42,708 bases of DNA, from the sequence record QB031384.1; one strand, 5' to 3'. Positions 10,418 through 21,071 of the stretch are shown in pieces; within the stretch, counting starts at the first letter, position 1, and each line of letters starts with the position of its first letter. Made by a program: the position numbers and the translations under genes. The stretch comes from a phage. The notes under the pieces are model-generated. The model ran no database searches. It saw only the letters and a list, made by a program, of their open reading frames with translations, and had not been told where the DNA came from.

Positions 10418-12796
10418 TTAAATGCGTCTACGACGCTGATTGTAACGGAGGATATACGAGATATCCAGTATATTCATTTCCAACGTATCGTCAGTCATGA
10501 AAGTTACTTCTGTTGTACCTGAGTTAGTGCGGCAAGGTATAATTACGTTGCCAAGCTCATACCGAGGGGTAAGGCTCGGGGCTAAATCCTGAGAGTTCAG
10601 AATCAGTCCTGAGTAATCCCCTTCATTATTAACCCCGCGTGCCGTATCAAGTACCTGAACATTGAAGACACCAGACTTACGCGCAGCTACATCTAAACGC
10701 AGAAGACGTACATGTCCTGAGCCAACCAAGTTGTCGTTCTGGTCCTTAATCATTGGAGGGGTAATAGTGAATGAACTCGGAATACGGAAGCCACAATAAT
10801 ACAGGCCATCACGAACCCCGCGTACTACTGTACCTACGTCCCCGTCGTACGAGCGTACACCTACCGAGTCAGTTGCGATAGTAGAGGCCTCAGTAAAAGC
10901 TAATGCTAGCTTAGTACTGTAATCCCCACCCCGTAAGTGCTCTGGTACTGTGAACTTCCCGCCAGATACCTGCACAGCTATACGCGCATCCATATAAGGT
11001 ACGTCATACAACCCATCAGCTACGAAGCCCTCACGAGGGTCAATAGTCTGGACCTGTACTTGCCCTGAGCTAGGGTTACGTGTAAACAGGTACATTACCT
11101 CAGATTGACTATGTACGCTCAAGACTTCCTGCTGGAATGTCCACTGGTGCCAAGCAGCCTGTGACTTGCCTTCGTTATCCCATAAGTACTCATGCACAAG
11201 CAGCGCGTTACGATTACCGCTGTACTGGATAAATCCAATGTTAGTTACCGAGCTTAGTACCATCTTCATTATACGACCGGGTATATATCTAGGCAGGTGC
11301 GCTGTGGCATCTGTAGATGTATACTGCGATGACGTATAAGGACTTGGCACAAACTCAAGCACCCCTGCATAAGCAGAGTTGCGTCGGTTAGGGTAGAGGA
11401 TAGTCTGCCCTGCTACAATTGGCACAATCCGGCTATCACATGAGAATTCTGAGGTTAAGCTTACGCTAGCATTACTGGGAGTAAGGGCACCACTACCTGG
11501 AACTACTGCTTGCATACTATCACCGAAGACTACTAAGTCACGGTTGAACTGCAACGCTGTACGGAATACAGAATCCTGTGCAGATGCAGAAGCAATATCT
11601 ATACGGTCAGTATCGAGCAACGAGGTTACTGTACTGCGGTAGAACCTAGTGTACAAGCCGGACGCTGATAAGCTAATACCTGCACCTGATAGCAGTACAA
11701 GCCTGCCTTGGAATGCAGCAATACCAGTAAGGTACCCGTTATCTACAAAGTAAGGATTAGCGTTAGTATCATCGTCACCTGACAGACGTCCCTCGAAATC
11801 ACGTACAATGATGTTATCATCTGCTGCTAGTTCAAGCGGCATGTTAGAGATGCGGGAAATGCTATTATAACCGCCTACCTCTGTCCAAGCACGGGTGCTG
11901 TAATTGAACTGGTACCATGTACTATCTGAACCTGCGCGACCAACTGCGCATAGCGCCCCGTTAGCAGATGCAGGTAAGGATGCAGGAAGGTCAGATTCCT
12001 GACTTACTCGGGACTGGTTGGAAACAGATGCATATGTAGAGCCTGACGAAGTAGTTACTACACATCCCGGGAGGTTGTTGATAAAGATAGTCGTACCTGC
12101 GGCATCTATCTCTACAGTGCCACCAGCCGCTTCTACCCTACTACGAATACCTGCCACGGTCTGACCATCTACAGAAGATGCAGAACCATTTACCAGCAAC
12201 CCAATGATGCGACCAGAGGTAGCTTTGCTTGGGTCATCATTATTACCGGGTAAGGTGTACGAGGTAGATATAACCCCGCCGTTGTGAGTTACGGTAATAT
12301 TCCATTCCTTACCTGCAAGCACTGTCGTAATGAGACGGAAGAAACCACTGTTATTCGGATTCAGCTTACCTGTATTGTCACGGGTAATAACAGGCCGTTG
12401 CTCAGTATTCAGGATGTATGTCAATCCGCCTACGCTAGCTGTCTGGATAGATGTAGCGCCTATACTAGCCAGAAGGTATGCGTGATTGCCTGAGTTAACT
12501 ACCTGACCTGTATTCTTACCTAAAAGGTACCAATCGCCTGTAGCTGTATTAATTACGAGGTGACGCCCGTCAGTACCGCGCTCTACATAAGAGGTAAAGA
12601 GCTGACCTGATAAAGGTGCAGTGATACCTGTACTGTTATTAAGAAGAACAGCACCCGGGCGGCGTCGGATACTAGTTACAGGGTCAGAGAGCATGTTCAC
12701 CTGAGACCCTAATTGTCCCGGCTTACGCTCACGGGGAATCTGTTGCGATACTCCCTGCAATAAGCTAGGGATAGTTCCTTCCAAGGAATTAGCCAT
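10418..12796 (-). CDS. Tail tubular protein B (T7 gp12-like)
   Basis: 792-aa ORF (T7 gp12 is about 794 aa), immediately downstream of the tail tubular A-like gene with stop/start overlap. Confidence 0.7.
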   Translation of the reverse strand: MANSLEGTIPSLLQGVSQQIPRERKPGQLGSQVNMLSDPVTSIRRRPGAVLLNNSTGITAPLSGQLFTSYVERGTDGRHLVINTATGDWYLLGKNTGQVVNSGNHAYLLASIGATSIQTASVGGLTYILNTEQRPVITRDNTGKLNPNNSGFFRLITTVLAGKEWNITVTHNGGVISTSYTLPGNNDDPSKATSGRIIGLLVNGSASSVDGQTVAGIRSRVEAAGGTVEIDAAGTTIFINNLPGCVVTTSSGSTYASVSNQSRVSQESDLPASLPASANGALCAVGRAGSDSTWYQFNYSTRAWTEVGGYNSISRISNMPLELAADDNIIVRDFEGRLSGDDDTNANPYFVDNGYLTGIAAFQGRLVLLSGAGISLSASGLYTRFYRSTVTSLLDTDRIDIASASAQDSVFRTALQFNRDLVVFGDSMQAVVPGSGALTPSNASVSLTSEFSCDSRIVPIVAGQTILYPNRRNSAYAGVLEFVPSPYTSSQYTSTDATAHLPRYIPGRIMKMVLSSVTNIGFIQYSGNRNALLVHEYLWDNEGKSQAAWHQWTFQQEVLSVHSQSEVMYLFTRNPSSGQVQVQTIDPREGFVADGLYDVPYMDARIAVQVSGGKFTVPEHLRGGDYSTKLALAFTEASTIATDSVGVRSYDGDVGTVVRGVRDGLYYCGFRIPSSFTITPPMIKDQNDNLVGSGHVRLLRLDVAARKSGVFNVQVLDTARGVNNEGDYSGLILNSQDLAPSLTPRYELGNVIIPCRTNSGTTEVTFMTDDTLEMNILDISYILRYNQRRRRI

Positions 12797-13350
12797 TACA
12801 GTCTAAACCCTCTACGAATATTATGAGCGTTACGAGCACGCGTAGTACTGTAACGTTGATTACGAAGATGCTCACGCAATGTAAGAGCTTCGTACTGTCG
12901 TGCCTGAGCTTCCAGCACCTGGTAGTTAGCATCAGTACCTAAGTCGTTAGCATAGACCTGAGCAGCTGCTTCGTACGCAATCCATAAGGCTACGTGCTCC
13001 GGTAAGTCTTCGAAGTCGAAGTCCAGAATAACACGCAGAGTTACAGGATTCTCAAAGCGCTGAGTCTGCTCTACAAGGTCATATAAGTTACCATTGCGCT
13101 CACTGTACTTCTTACCATCCAAGCCATAGATAGCGACTTGCTTCCACGGAATAGTAATACGCTGTACAGTGCTCGGAGTAACTTCACGGGTAATAGTATT
13201 AAACCAGTAACCAGTACTAAGCGTCCCGCGACGGGTACGTTCAATAGCTGCTTTAGCTAGGCCCACTGAAGGGTTCTGGCTATTTAAATCAACAGCCCTA
13301 GATTCGCCCAGAGCTTCAAGTGTTACGTTTACAGCGTCGATGAGTCTCAA
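12796..13350 (-). CDS. Tail tubular protein A (T7 gp11-like)
   Basis: 184-aa ORF following the capsid terminator and preceding gp12-like gene. Call is by synteny and size. Confidence 0.65.
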   Translation of the reverse strand: MRLIDAVNVTLEALGESRAVDLNSQNPSVGLAKAAIERTRRGTLSTGYWFNTITREVTPSTVQRITIPWKQVAIYGLDGKKYSERNGNLYDLVEQTQRFENPVTLRVILDFDFEDLPEHVALWIAYEAAAQVYANDLGTDANYQVLEAQARQYEALTLREHLRNQRYSTTRARNAHNIRRGFRL

Positions 13351-13389
13351 CGTTTAGTCTCCTTTGTATTTTAAGCTCTGGGATAGAAC

Positions 13390-13420
13390 TTAAAAGACAA
13401 AGCCCCGCACAAGGCGGGGA
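13390..13420 (-). terminator. Rho-independent terminator downstream of the capsid gene (Tphi-like)
   Basis: On the minus strand: 6-bp GC stem (CCCCGC / GCGGGG, 13403-13408 paired with 13414-13419), 5-nt loop, then CUUUGUCUUUUAAGUU. Same position as the T7-group capsid terminator. Confidence 0.65.
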
Positions 13421-13424
13421 CAGT

Positions 13425-13619
13425 TTACTCAGCTTTCTTAGACTTAGTCTTTTTAACTTCTAAGTCTGTAGAGATGATTTCAATAACCGCTGGCAGAAGC
13501 TCAGCGGCTGTAATCTTATCATCAAAGTCATGGATACGACGCGCAACTTCTTTAAGGTTGCGCAGCACGATATCACGCGGGCCCTCAGGACCCGCAACTA
13601 CTTTAGCAATGATTGCCAT
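13425..13619 (-). CDS. Hypothetical small protein (64 aa) between capsid gene and terminator
   Basis: ORF starts 8 nt after the capsid stop, with an AAGGT SD overlapping the capsid stop codon, and ends just before the terminator hairpin. No recognisable motif. Confidence 0.4.
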   Translation of the reverse strand: MAIIAKVVAGPEGPRDIVLRNLKEVARRIHDFDDKITAAELLPAVIEIISTDLEVKKTKSKKAE

Positions 13620-13627
13620 TTTGTACC

Positions 13628-14620
13628 TTACGCAGTGGTGAAGCTAACGATAGCTGCGGTATCTGGACGACGGTTACCAACAGTATACATCGCATAGCAA
13701 TCCAGTACGTTAGCGAAGTTCAGTTCATCGTCCCAAATACGGGCGGTGAACGGTTGAGCTTCAACAGTTACCAGAGTCTTAGACTTGCTGAAGGTTACCA
13801 TACGGCACTTTGCATCAGCAGCAGTAACGGTATAAGCAGAACCCAGCGGATGCGGACCAGCGCCCGGGAACTCTACAGCCTCAACAACCGGGATACCGTT
13901 CATTACAACTACGCGACGCTGTTTGAAACCGTCATCGTTACTGTTACCAAAGTCACGGTCGAATAGTTTCGGGTGTTCCAGCAACTGAGAATAGATCTCA
14001 GTAGATACCAGAGTAACCATGTCAGACAGCGGAACCTTACGCTTAATCAGCTCGTCAACACCTTTACGGTGTGCTTCGTTGATTGCTACTGCGTTAGCTT
14101 CACGACCAGTTACGCCAACCGGGTTAGCAGTCAGCGAGGCAGCAATCTCAATACCATCAGAGAATGCAGGTTTCAGATGCTCAGGAGCAACCCAAGTACG
14201 GCCTTTAATCAGCTGAATCAAGTGTGCCTGGTCAAAGGTCTCTGCGAACTCATAACCGTTGTTCTGACCCATCTCGGTAAGGAAGTCTGGAGCAGTCCAA
14301 TCATCCTGATAGTCAATCGGGTTACGGATGTACAGCACGGTATCAACAACGATAATCATCTTATCGTTACGAACCGGAGTCGGAGCCAGAGCTTCACCAG
14401 ACTGACGGCCTTTAACTGAAGAAGTATTCAGGCGGTCAATACGATAAGTGTTAGACTGGTTCTGAGTAGAACGCTGAGAGGACAGGCCCAAGAACAGCGC
14501 TTGGTATTCGAAGCGAGAATCTACTTCTGATTGATACACTTCCAGATGGATGTCAGTATCAGACTGCGCGCCAGCCCAATGTGGCTTAGTTGAGTTACCA
14601 GTGTATGCAGTATTAGCCAT
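13628..14620 (-). CDS. Major capsid protein (T7 gp10-like)
   Basis: 330-aa ORF preceded by AGGAAA SD, located between the scaffold gene and the terminator. Call is by synteny and size. Confidence 0.8.
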   Translation of the reverse strand: MANTAYTGNSTKPHWAGAQSDTDIHLEVYQSEVDSRFEYQALFLGLSSQRSTQNQSNTYRIDRLNTSSVKGRQSGEALAPTPVRNDKMIIVVDTVLYIRNPIDYQDDWTAPDFLTEMGQNNGYEFAETFDQAHLIQLIKGRTWVAPEHLKPAFSDGIEIAASLTANPVGVTGREANAVAINEAHRKGVDELIKRKVPLSDMVTLVSTEIYSQLLEHPKLFDRDFGNSNDDGFKQRRVVVMNGIPVVEAVEFPGAGPHPLGSAYTVTAADAKCRMVTFSKSKTLVTVEAQPFTARIWDDELNFANVLDCYAMYTVGNRRPDTAAIVSFTTA

Positions 14621-14743
14621 GTTATGTATTTCCTATATATAGAGTGATTGAGAGTTTAAGTTTAGTTGCCGGAGGTGGGCAGGGAGTATTAAGCAGAAAG
14701 CCACACGGAGTGTACTGTGCTTCCACATCTCCAGCAGGTTTAA

Positions 14744-15568
14744 TTACAGCCCAGCACGCTTACCAGCAGCGCGACGGTCTAACAGGTCTTGGTAGCGACC
14801 AGCGAAAGCTTGAGACTGCAAGCTGCGGTTACCTACCTCTTTGCGAAGTTTAGAATATTCTTCGCTGAATGCCTTAGCACTAAGAGCACCAGCAGAGCCA
14901 GGTGCGCCTTGAAACTTAGGATTAATAGTCGCCATTACGCCGAGGCTTTGACAAGTCTCGATAACGAACTTAGCAGCCCCTGCGATATCGCCTGAATCGG
15001 CGAGTGCACGTGCAGCCTTACGGATGTGCTCGGGAGCCTTAGCATTAAATACCTGCGTCGCTGCATCCCATTGCTCTTTACCGCCAGCCATTTCATAAGC
15101 CGAATTAACTGCCTTCTGAACCCGACCTACTTGGTCTTCCAGATACGCCTTAGCTAGCATCTCTGCATATGCAGCATGTTCACCGAAACGTTCTTGGATG
15201 AATGCCTTATCAATTAAGTTAGCATCACCATACTCAATAGCCTTACCGATAGCACGGACCATGTCCGAGTCATTCAGTTTAGATACTTGTTTGAGCATAG
15301 CAATACCGGCATCAATTGCTGGATTACCTGTCTCTGCTAATTCAGTCTGAGCTGAAGCAGGAGTCGGAGCCTCTGATTTATTAAGTAGCTTAGACAGCGC
15401 TTCAATATCAAGCGTAGCAGGAGCAGGAGCTACTGCGACCTCAGGCACACCTTGCATGTTTGGTGCCTTAACGTTTGCGCCAGGGCCCGGAATCTTGGGG
15501 CCGTCGACATTCTCAACAACTATAGTTGCTGGAACTTCGCTTGGTACTGCTGAAATATCATCTGACAT
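14744..15568 (-). CDS. Scaffolding protein (T7 gp9-like)
   Basis: 274-aa Ala-rich, acidic, helical-looking ORF between portal and capsid genes. Confidence 0.65.
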   Translation of the reverse strand: MSDDISAVPSEVPATIVVENVDGPKIPGPGANVKAPNMQGVPEVAVAPAPATLDIEALSKLLNKSEAPTPASAQTELAETGNPAIDAGIAMLKQVSKLNDSDMVRAIGKAIEYGDANLIDKAFIQERFGEHAAYAEMLAKAYLEDQVGRVQKAVNSAYEMAGGKEQWDAATQVFNAKAPEHIRKAARALADSGDIAGAAKFVIETCQSLGVMATINPKFQGAPGSAGALSAKAFSEEYSKLRKEVGNRSLQSQAFAGRYQDLLDRRAAGKRAGL

Positions 15569-15577
15569 TTGTAACCC

Positions 15578-17134
15578 TTATTGAATTAAACCTAATTGTT
15601 GACCTGCTACAGTCGGGTCAGTAACTTGCAATAATGATTGCTGCTGCTGCTGGTCCTGCTGCTGCTGTGCTTGCTCTGCTTGCTGGCGTGCTTGCAATTC
15701 CTCTTCACTATAGAAGAAGGCACTGCTCTGAATGCCGAAGCTATCCATTACACTGTCAATCAAAGCATCAACGTTAGTACGTACAGTTGCCTGTTGCAGT
15801 ACCGGTACAATTAATTGAAGACTCTGTACTGCTTCAAGTAGTCTATCAGCCTGGGCTGACTTGTACAAGCTAGCGGTCCCTACCGTTACATCCAGCCCCA
15901 ATGCACCGAGCTCGAACATAGGTCGAATCTCAGGATACTTATTAAGAACGTACAGGTACGCGAGTTTACGAAGCCAATTATCTGCAAGTGTAGAGTAAGC
16001 GTCACCTAAGGCTGATTGTGCTTCTTGAGCATTCTGACGAATCTCATAAGCAGTTACACGCTCACCTTGACGAGTGTTACCGCCGTACATGAATGCACGG
16101 GATAGCTTCTGCTCGATAGTGCTAATCTCAGCTTGTAGCGCGGCAATCTTCTGAGCGTTCCCACCTTCATGGGACCATACTCCAGAACTGGTACCTGCGG
16201 GCTGGTTAGTCTGTACGAACTCACCTGTCTCTGCATCTTGCAATGCATCAATATCTACACCAGAAGCTGAGCTAACCATGTTAACTACTCTCGCTGCTTC
16301 CACCTCATACAAGGTTAAGCTACGGGAAAGCACAGATAAACGGGCGAAGTCACCAGCGTAATCCTCAACGAGGCTACGACCGTAGTGCTCACCATTAACA
16401 AGGTTCCATGCCAGTACTACGTACGGACATTGGTCCTCAGGATAATAGCTAGGCTCACCTACAGGGTAGGTTTCGACTTCCTGATATACTTTATATACAT
16501 AACCAAGCTCACGACGCTCACGCATAATTCCAGTAAATAAGCGCACATCATCGTACATCTCCTTATTGGAGAAGTGAGCTCGTCGGATATCATCTGGGAT
16601 ATCCGCAACGCTGATACGTTCACGTAGGATTGTAGTCAGTACGTTACCGGCTCCATCACGCTTAGTAGCATAATCGCGCACGCTGTATACGTAAGAACGT
16701 TCAGTTTCGGAGTCGAAGTATTCCAGAGCATTGCCAGTTACGAGTAATAGTTTAATAGCGCGTAGCTTTGCAGCATACCCGCCTTTAGTGAATACGATAC
16801 TAGATGCTACAGCTTCCATTTCAGCCTGAGCTGAGAAGACCGAACCTTGCAGACCTAATTGGTCAACAATCCCTGTAAGGTCAGCGGATGCCGCGAATCT
16901 AAAGAATGGACTGCCTTGTGGAAACAATGCATCTACAATCTTAGTAGCTGCTGAGTTGACAAGCAGCGCACCAGTACTCTGATAGTCATGCACCAGAGAA
17001 GTACGCTTACCGTCACTCGCTGTAATATCCTTAGTGAATACGTTAGGAAGTGTCCAGCGAGCGTATTGCTCAGCAGCGTCTAGTGTAGATGCATCCTTCA
17101 ATCGAACGAATAAATCTGCTAAACGCTTTTGCAT
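15578..17134 (-). CDS. Head-tail connector (portal) protein (T7 gp8-like)
   Basis: 518-aa ORF, first large gene of the structural module, with an acidic/Gln-rich C-terminus. Call is by synteny. Confidence 0.75.
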   Translation of the reverse strand: MQKRLADLFVRLKDASTLDAAEQYARWTLPNVFTKDITASDGKRTSLVHDYQSTGALLVNSAATKIVDALFPQGSPFFRFAASADLTGIVDQLGLQGSVFSAQAEMEAVASSIVFTKGGYAAKLRAIKLLLVTGNALEYFDSETERSYVYSVRDYATKRDGAGNVLTTILRERISVADIPDDIRRAHFSNKEMYDDVRLFTGIMRERRELGYVYKVYQEVETYPVGEPSYYPEDQCPYVVLAWNLVNGEHYGRSLVEDYAGDFARLSVLSRSLTLYEVEAARVVNMVSSASGVDIDALQDAETGEFVQTNQPAGTSSGVWSHEGGNAQKIAALQAEISTIEQKLSRAFMYGGNTRQGERVTAYEIRQNAQEAQSALGDAYSTLADNWLRKLAYLYVLNKYPEIRPMFELGALGLDVTVGTASLYKSAQADRLLEAVQSLQLIVPVLQQATVRTNVDALIDSVMDSFGIQSSAFFYSEEELQARQQAEQAQQQQDQQQQQSLLQVTDPTVAGQQLGLIQ

Positions 17135-17137
17135 AGT

Positions 17138-17368
17138 TTAAATCCCAAGTGCAGACGATGCTGCGCCTTGACGACGTCGCTTCTGGTCTGAGGTAATTGC
17201 AGTTGCAGATGCAGAGGCTGCGCCGCCTGAATCTACCTGAGTCAGGTTCTCACCAGAAGCATCGTTATCTAATGCAGCCTGTGCCGCGATGGCTTGCCGC
17301 TGTTGTTCAGCTGCTTTCTGCTGCGCTTCCAGTGCCGCAGTGTCAGTCAGTCCAACAAGGTCAGTCAC
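17138..17368 (-). CDS. Hypothetical protein (76 aa, GTG start)
   Basis: ORF-track ORF beginning with GTG (plus CAC at 17366-17368) and ending 3 nt before the portal ATG. Ala/Gln-rich, weak SD. Confidence 0.35.
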   Translation of the reverse strand: MTDLVGLTDTAALEAQQKAAEQQRQAIAAQAALDNDASGENLTQVDSGGAASASATAITSDQKRRRQGAASSALGI

Positions 17369-17427
17369 AGATGATAATGCTTTCTTAATCCCGCCGATGA
17401 TGCTACCCTCCGCCCGAAGGCTATATG

Positions 17428-17856
17428 TTAGTTGAGTTTGATTCCGCGCTGAAGATAGTCCTTATCCGACACCGCACGGGTGAGTATTAACCAGTCTGCA
17501 CCGTTCTCTCGAACAATACGTTTTAAATTCCTGTAGAGTGTAGCAACTGCCTGGGGATGATAAGGCTCAACTACCAAGAAGCCCGTAACCATACTCTTCC
17601 CAGGGTAATGTGAATTCTCTAGTAATTCAGGCAGGATACTTACCCCACCTACCAACTCATCTCCACTGAACACAGCTAAGACACTGTGCCCTTGTATCTC
17701 CTGGACAACCTTCTGGAAGTGCTCTTCCTCGTCCATACCTAGCTTAATGCCAATGCCCCAGATATGAAGCTGTTTTACAATCTTGATTATGTAATCACTG
17801 GAAGTATTCCAATTGTATAATCTAGTGTTGTAGAGAGTGTTGTTTTGTTTGCTCAT
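17428..17856 (-). CDS. Hypothetical protein (142 aa)
   Basis: ORF between the HNH gene and the portal region. A weak resemblance to an acetyltransferase-type fold (GFLVVEPYH...) is unverified. Confidence 0.5.
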   Translation of the reverse strand: MSKQNNTLYNTRLYNWNTSSDYIIKIVKQLHIWGIGIKLGMDEEEHFQKVVQEIQGHSVLAVFSGDELVGGVSILPELLENSHYPGKSMVTGFLVVEPYHPQAVATLYRNLKRIVRENGADWLILTRAVSDKDYLQRGIKLN

Positions 17857-17924
17857 GTTGGTTGCTACCCCTTACTATTACCTGTGGTTCCTCCATCCCA
17901 GAAATCGAACTACTGGGAGGAGAT

Positions 17925-18572
17925 TTAAGCTTCAGGTAAGTGATTGTATTTACCTAAGTAATGCCGTATATACTCGGCCCTTGCAGATAACATATCATCC
18001 GCTTGACCTAGATGTACTCCCGCTACTCGCACATAGAACTTACCTGCCGCGCTATTCCAAAAGAAACCTTTAGTTTGACCAGACTTACGATTCTGTGCAT
18101 TCTTAACTTGAGTAGATGCACGTAGGTTGGTTGGATTATTGTTTAGTGGGTTGTTATCTATGTGGTCGACTACCTCGGGCCAACTGCTATATGTCAGAAA
18201 GTACACCGCCCTACTAGCTGATAAAGTCTTGTTGAAAGCCCTGCCAGAATATGCTGTTCTCTGGCTACTCTGATACTTATGAGCACTAGTAACCTTACCT
18301 GACAGGGCAGGACTGCCTGCCTTAATCTTACTGGCAGGCCCGGTAGTCCCCACTAAAGGCCGTCTCCAGCTAACCCAGCTCTCAGAGGAAGCATCTACTT
18401 GAAGGTACACTGCAATAAGCTCTTCCGTAGATAGCCTGTTAAGCATTTCCTTATACTTAGGCATAGGTGGTCCCCAGTTATCTGGATTATCTAGGTACTC
18501 TTTTGTAGCATACTTCTGAACAGGAGGGTGCACGCACGCCATCCATATTTCCCAATCGGTCATCTTAGTCAT
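17925..18572 (-). CDS. HNH homing endonuclease with AP2-like DNA-binding domain
   Basis: 215-aa ORF. HNH-type motif VDHIDNNPLNNNPTNLR and AP2-like GFFWNSAAGKFYVRV...RAEYI. Free-standing between the RNAP gene and the structural module. Confidence 0.7.
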   Translation of the reverse strand: MTKMTDWEIWMACVHPPVQKYATKEYLDNPDNWGPPMPKYKEMLNRLSTEELIAVYLQVDASSESWVSWRRPLVGTTGPASKIKAGSPALSGKVTSAHKYQSSQRTAYSGRAFNKTLSASRAVYFLTYSSWPEVVDHIDNNPLNNNPTNLRASTQVKNAQNRKSGQTKGFFWNSAAGKFYVRVAGVHLGQADDMLSARAEYIRHYLGKYNHLPEA

Positions 18573-18581
18573 ATAACACCT

Positions 18582-21032
18582 CTAACAGAAAAAGAATCTG
18601 CTACCCAGTACCTGCTTAAGGTCCAAAGAACCTTTAGCTGGTAACTCCAGCCCTTCTAAGTCTGCCCCACAAGCTACTGCCGCATCAGTAATCTCCTGAA
18701 GTACGTCATGCTCTGTGTACAGACGTAGGAACTGTTCGCGGATAGCAGAATGCATTTCATCTACATCGCAAGCGTGAGTAGCTACCGAGTCGTGGATAGG
18801 CATAATGTCTCCTGAGAATGCAGAGATAGTCATACCTAAGTGAGTAGCGTCTAAGCTGTGCACCCAATTAGGGGAGATGCCTGACTTAGCCTTACGCTTG
18901 TTGTTTACATTGTAGTTACGGTTGTACACCAGCAGGTGTGTCAGGTTCATGCTCTTAACAGAAACCTTAGTCTCTTCTGATTCAGTGTATCGGTTGATAA
19001 CCAGCCCGCCTAACGGAGTCTTCCATTGAAGGTGGTTGGCTGCTGGTACACGATAGCACAGTGACTGTACATATTTCATCGCCTCAGTAGCTGCTGGGTT
19101 AGCGTCCTCTACTGCTGCCTTCATGCGAGTACTCAGATATCCTGCCAGCTTGAACAGGCTGTACTCTTCCGTTCCTTCGTAACCTTCTTCCTGTGCAGAC
19201 TGAAGGATGTACTCGGAGCAAGAGCGCACAGTAGCCGAGTATACGTGTGTCATGCATGGACGTTTAGCCATGCTGCGGGTAATCTCGTTCCCACGCCAGT
19301 AGTTAGCCTGCACTACGAAGTCAGGATTGTCCAGGTCCATGATGACCTTAGCATCAGTACGGCGCTTAACGTCCATGTACATATCTGCTTTCTCTTCGTT
19401 ACCCTCCCAGAACAGGTTAACTAAACGACCACCTACTGAGTCACGCAGTAACGCGGCGAAGTGCTGCTGCCCCGAGTTGGTTGCATCCATAGCCACCGGA
19501 ATGCGTGATTCGTATGTTTCCGGGCTGCCAGAGTCAATAGCAGCAACGAGGTCGATGCAGGCTGCCAGAAAACACCACGGGCTGTCTGCACTCCTGAAAG
19601 CTTCTGCATTAAACGGATTTGATGCGACAAGTCGAATCTGCTCGATATTAGCATCAGTCCAAGCTGCACGCTTTTCGAATAAGGCTTTATCATAACCATA
19701 GCAGGTAGCGACGTGTACCTTGAGCCAAAACAAACCCCGCTCTCCCAGAGGCTTTGCCCGACTGAAGGAGAGCAAAGCTTTCTGCATGTCAGGACCCTGA
19801 GGGTGCAGGCTTGATTTGAAGTACAGGCGGTAGCGCCAGTCAACGCAGGTTGGGAAGTACAGTTCTTTCTCATCCTTAAACTCCTCGCAGAGTTGAACCA
19901 GTGTCACCATGGAACGCAACTTACTTACGCGAGTACGCTCTTGGATGTACCAGTTACGCATATTCATCTTCCAAGTCTGGAAGTCATCCATCTGGCGCTC
20001 GGTGTAATCCTCTTTAGGTACACCGTCCAGATACCACTCAGGTCTAGGGGCTGGGTAGGAACTAGGCATACCTGTCGTTACACCTTCACGACGTGCTTGG
20101 TTAAGCAGATTAAGTACTTCCTTGTTGATAACGTAAGGCACTTCCTGCGCCTTGTTCAGCATATCCTTCAGTCCCTCTGCCTGCTTGAATGCCTCTGCTA
20201 CTTCACGTTTCATTGCACGAGTAATCTGGTGATTATGGTAAGTACCGCGCTTGCAAGTGCTGCTTAGAAGGTATCCACCTGAGAACATGTCTACATGCTT
20301 CTGCGGAGGTACAATCATTGGGGGTTTAATCTCTACGGTATCTGCGTCCAGTACTAAATCGCCTAGTACCTCAGCTAATACTTCAGACGGTGCCAAGTAT
20401 TGTAGCTGGGTTGCGTCAGTGCTCTTATCCCACGTGAACAGGCCTGTTTCCCACACAGGTTGTAGGATTAATTTACCTACTGCTACACACTGAGAAGCGG
20501 ACCAAGGTTCATGCCCGTAGTGCACGTTCTCTGCTGAAGCACGTAAGGTCTTCATAATATGCGACTGACTTGTAGTGTTACGTTCTTTCAAGTACTCAAA
20601 TACACGATTCATATATGCGGGTGCAACTACTTCTAGCTGTATGCTAAGGACCTCGGCTTGAACCTGGCGCCCTAGGTTAGCCAGCAAAGCTTGTGCAGAT
20701 GTACGGCTTCCACCAGACTCTTTAAGGAAGAGGGAGTCAATGCATTTAGTGAGTGCCATTACAGCGAGAACGTCAGTAGGGACCAGACGGATAATGCTGC
20801 GGTACTTACCGCCGACGCCTGCGGTCTTCTGTACCTTCATCTCGTCAATGCCTTGAGCAACAGTATCATAGGCTGCTGCAATCATGCGACTTACCTTAGG
20901 CAGGCTGCTTAAGTTACCTGCTGCCAGTGCCTTCTGCACCAGCTCACGCGACTTGTTCAAGCTGCGCGTACGGTAATCTTTCTCTAACTGTAACTGGCGT
21001 TCTACTTTCTGTTCTAATGTTTCGTGTTGCAT
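18582..21032 (-). CDS. DNA-directed RNA polymerase, single-subunit (T7-like)
   Basis: 816-aa ORF. Motif A DATNSGQQHFAALLRD, motif B RSMAKRPCMTHVYSAT, motif C IHDS. GAGGG SD 4 nt upstream. Sits directly before the structural genes. Confidence 0.9.
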   Translation of the reverse strand: MQHETLEQKVERQLQLEKDYRTRSLNKSRELVQKALAAGNLSSLPKVSRMIAAAYDTVAQGIDEMKVQKTAGVGGKYRSIIRLVPTDVLAVMALTKCIDSLFLKESGGSRTSAQALLANLGRQVQAEVLSIQLEVVAPAYMNRVFEYLKERNTTSQSHIMKTLRASAENVHYGHEPWSASQCVAVGKLILQPVWETGLFTWDKSTDATQLQYLAPSEVLAEVLGDLVLDADTVEIKPPMIVPPQKHVDMFSGGYLLSSTCKRGTYHNHQITRAMKREVAEAFKQAEGLKDMLNKAQEVPYVINKEVLNLLNQARREGVTTGMPSSYPAPRPEWYLDGVPKEDYTERQMDDFQTWKMNMRNWYIQERTRVSKLRSMVTLVQLCEEFKDEKELYFPTCVDWRYRLYFKSSLHPQGPDMQKALLSFSRAKPLGERGLFWLKVHVATCYGYDKALFEKRAAWTDANIEQIRLVASNPFNAEAFRSADSPWCFLAACIDLVAAIDSGSPETYESRIPVAMDATNSGQQHFAALLRDSVGGRLVNLFWEGNEEKADMYMDVKRRTDAKVIMDLDNPDFVVQANYWRGNEITRSMAKRPCMTHVYSATVRSCSEYILQSAQEEGYEGTEEYSLFKLAGYLSTRMKAAVEDANPAATEAMKYVQSLCYRVPAANHLQWKTPLGGLVINRYTESEETKVSVKSMNLTHLLVYNRNYNVNNKRKAKSGISPNWVHSLDATHLGMTISAFSGDIMPIHDSVATHACDVDEMHSAIREQFLRLYTEHDVLQEITDAAVACGADLEGLELPAKGSLDLKQVLGSRFFFC

Positions 21033-21071
21033 TTGATTCCCTCTAGCTAATCGTGGCTGTATGTGAGGTTA

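Noticed and set aside
13425-13630. T7-like capsid 10A/10B frameshift extension
   Set aside because: The downstream 64-aa ORF has its own ATG and SD 8 nt after the capsid stop, and no slippery site is seen at the capsid 3' end.
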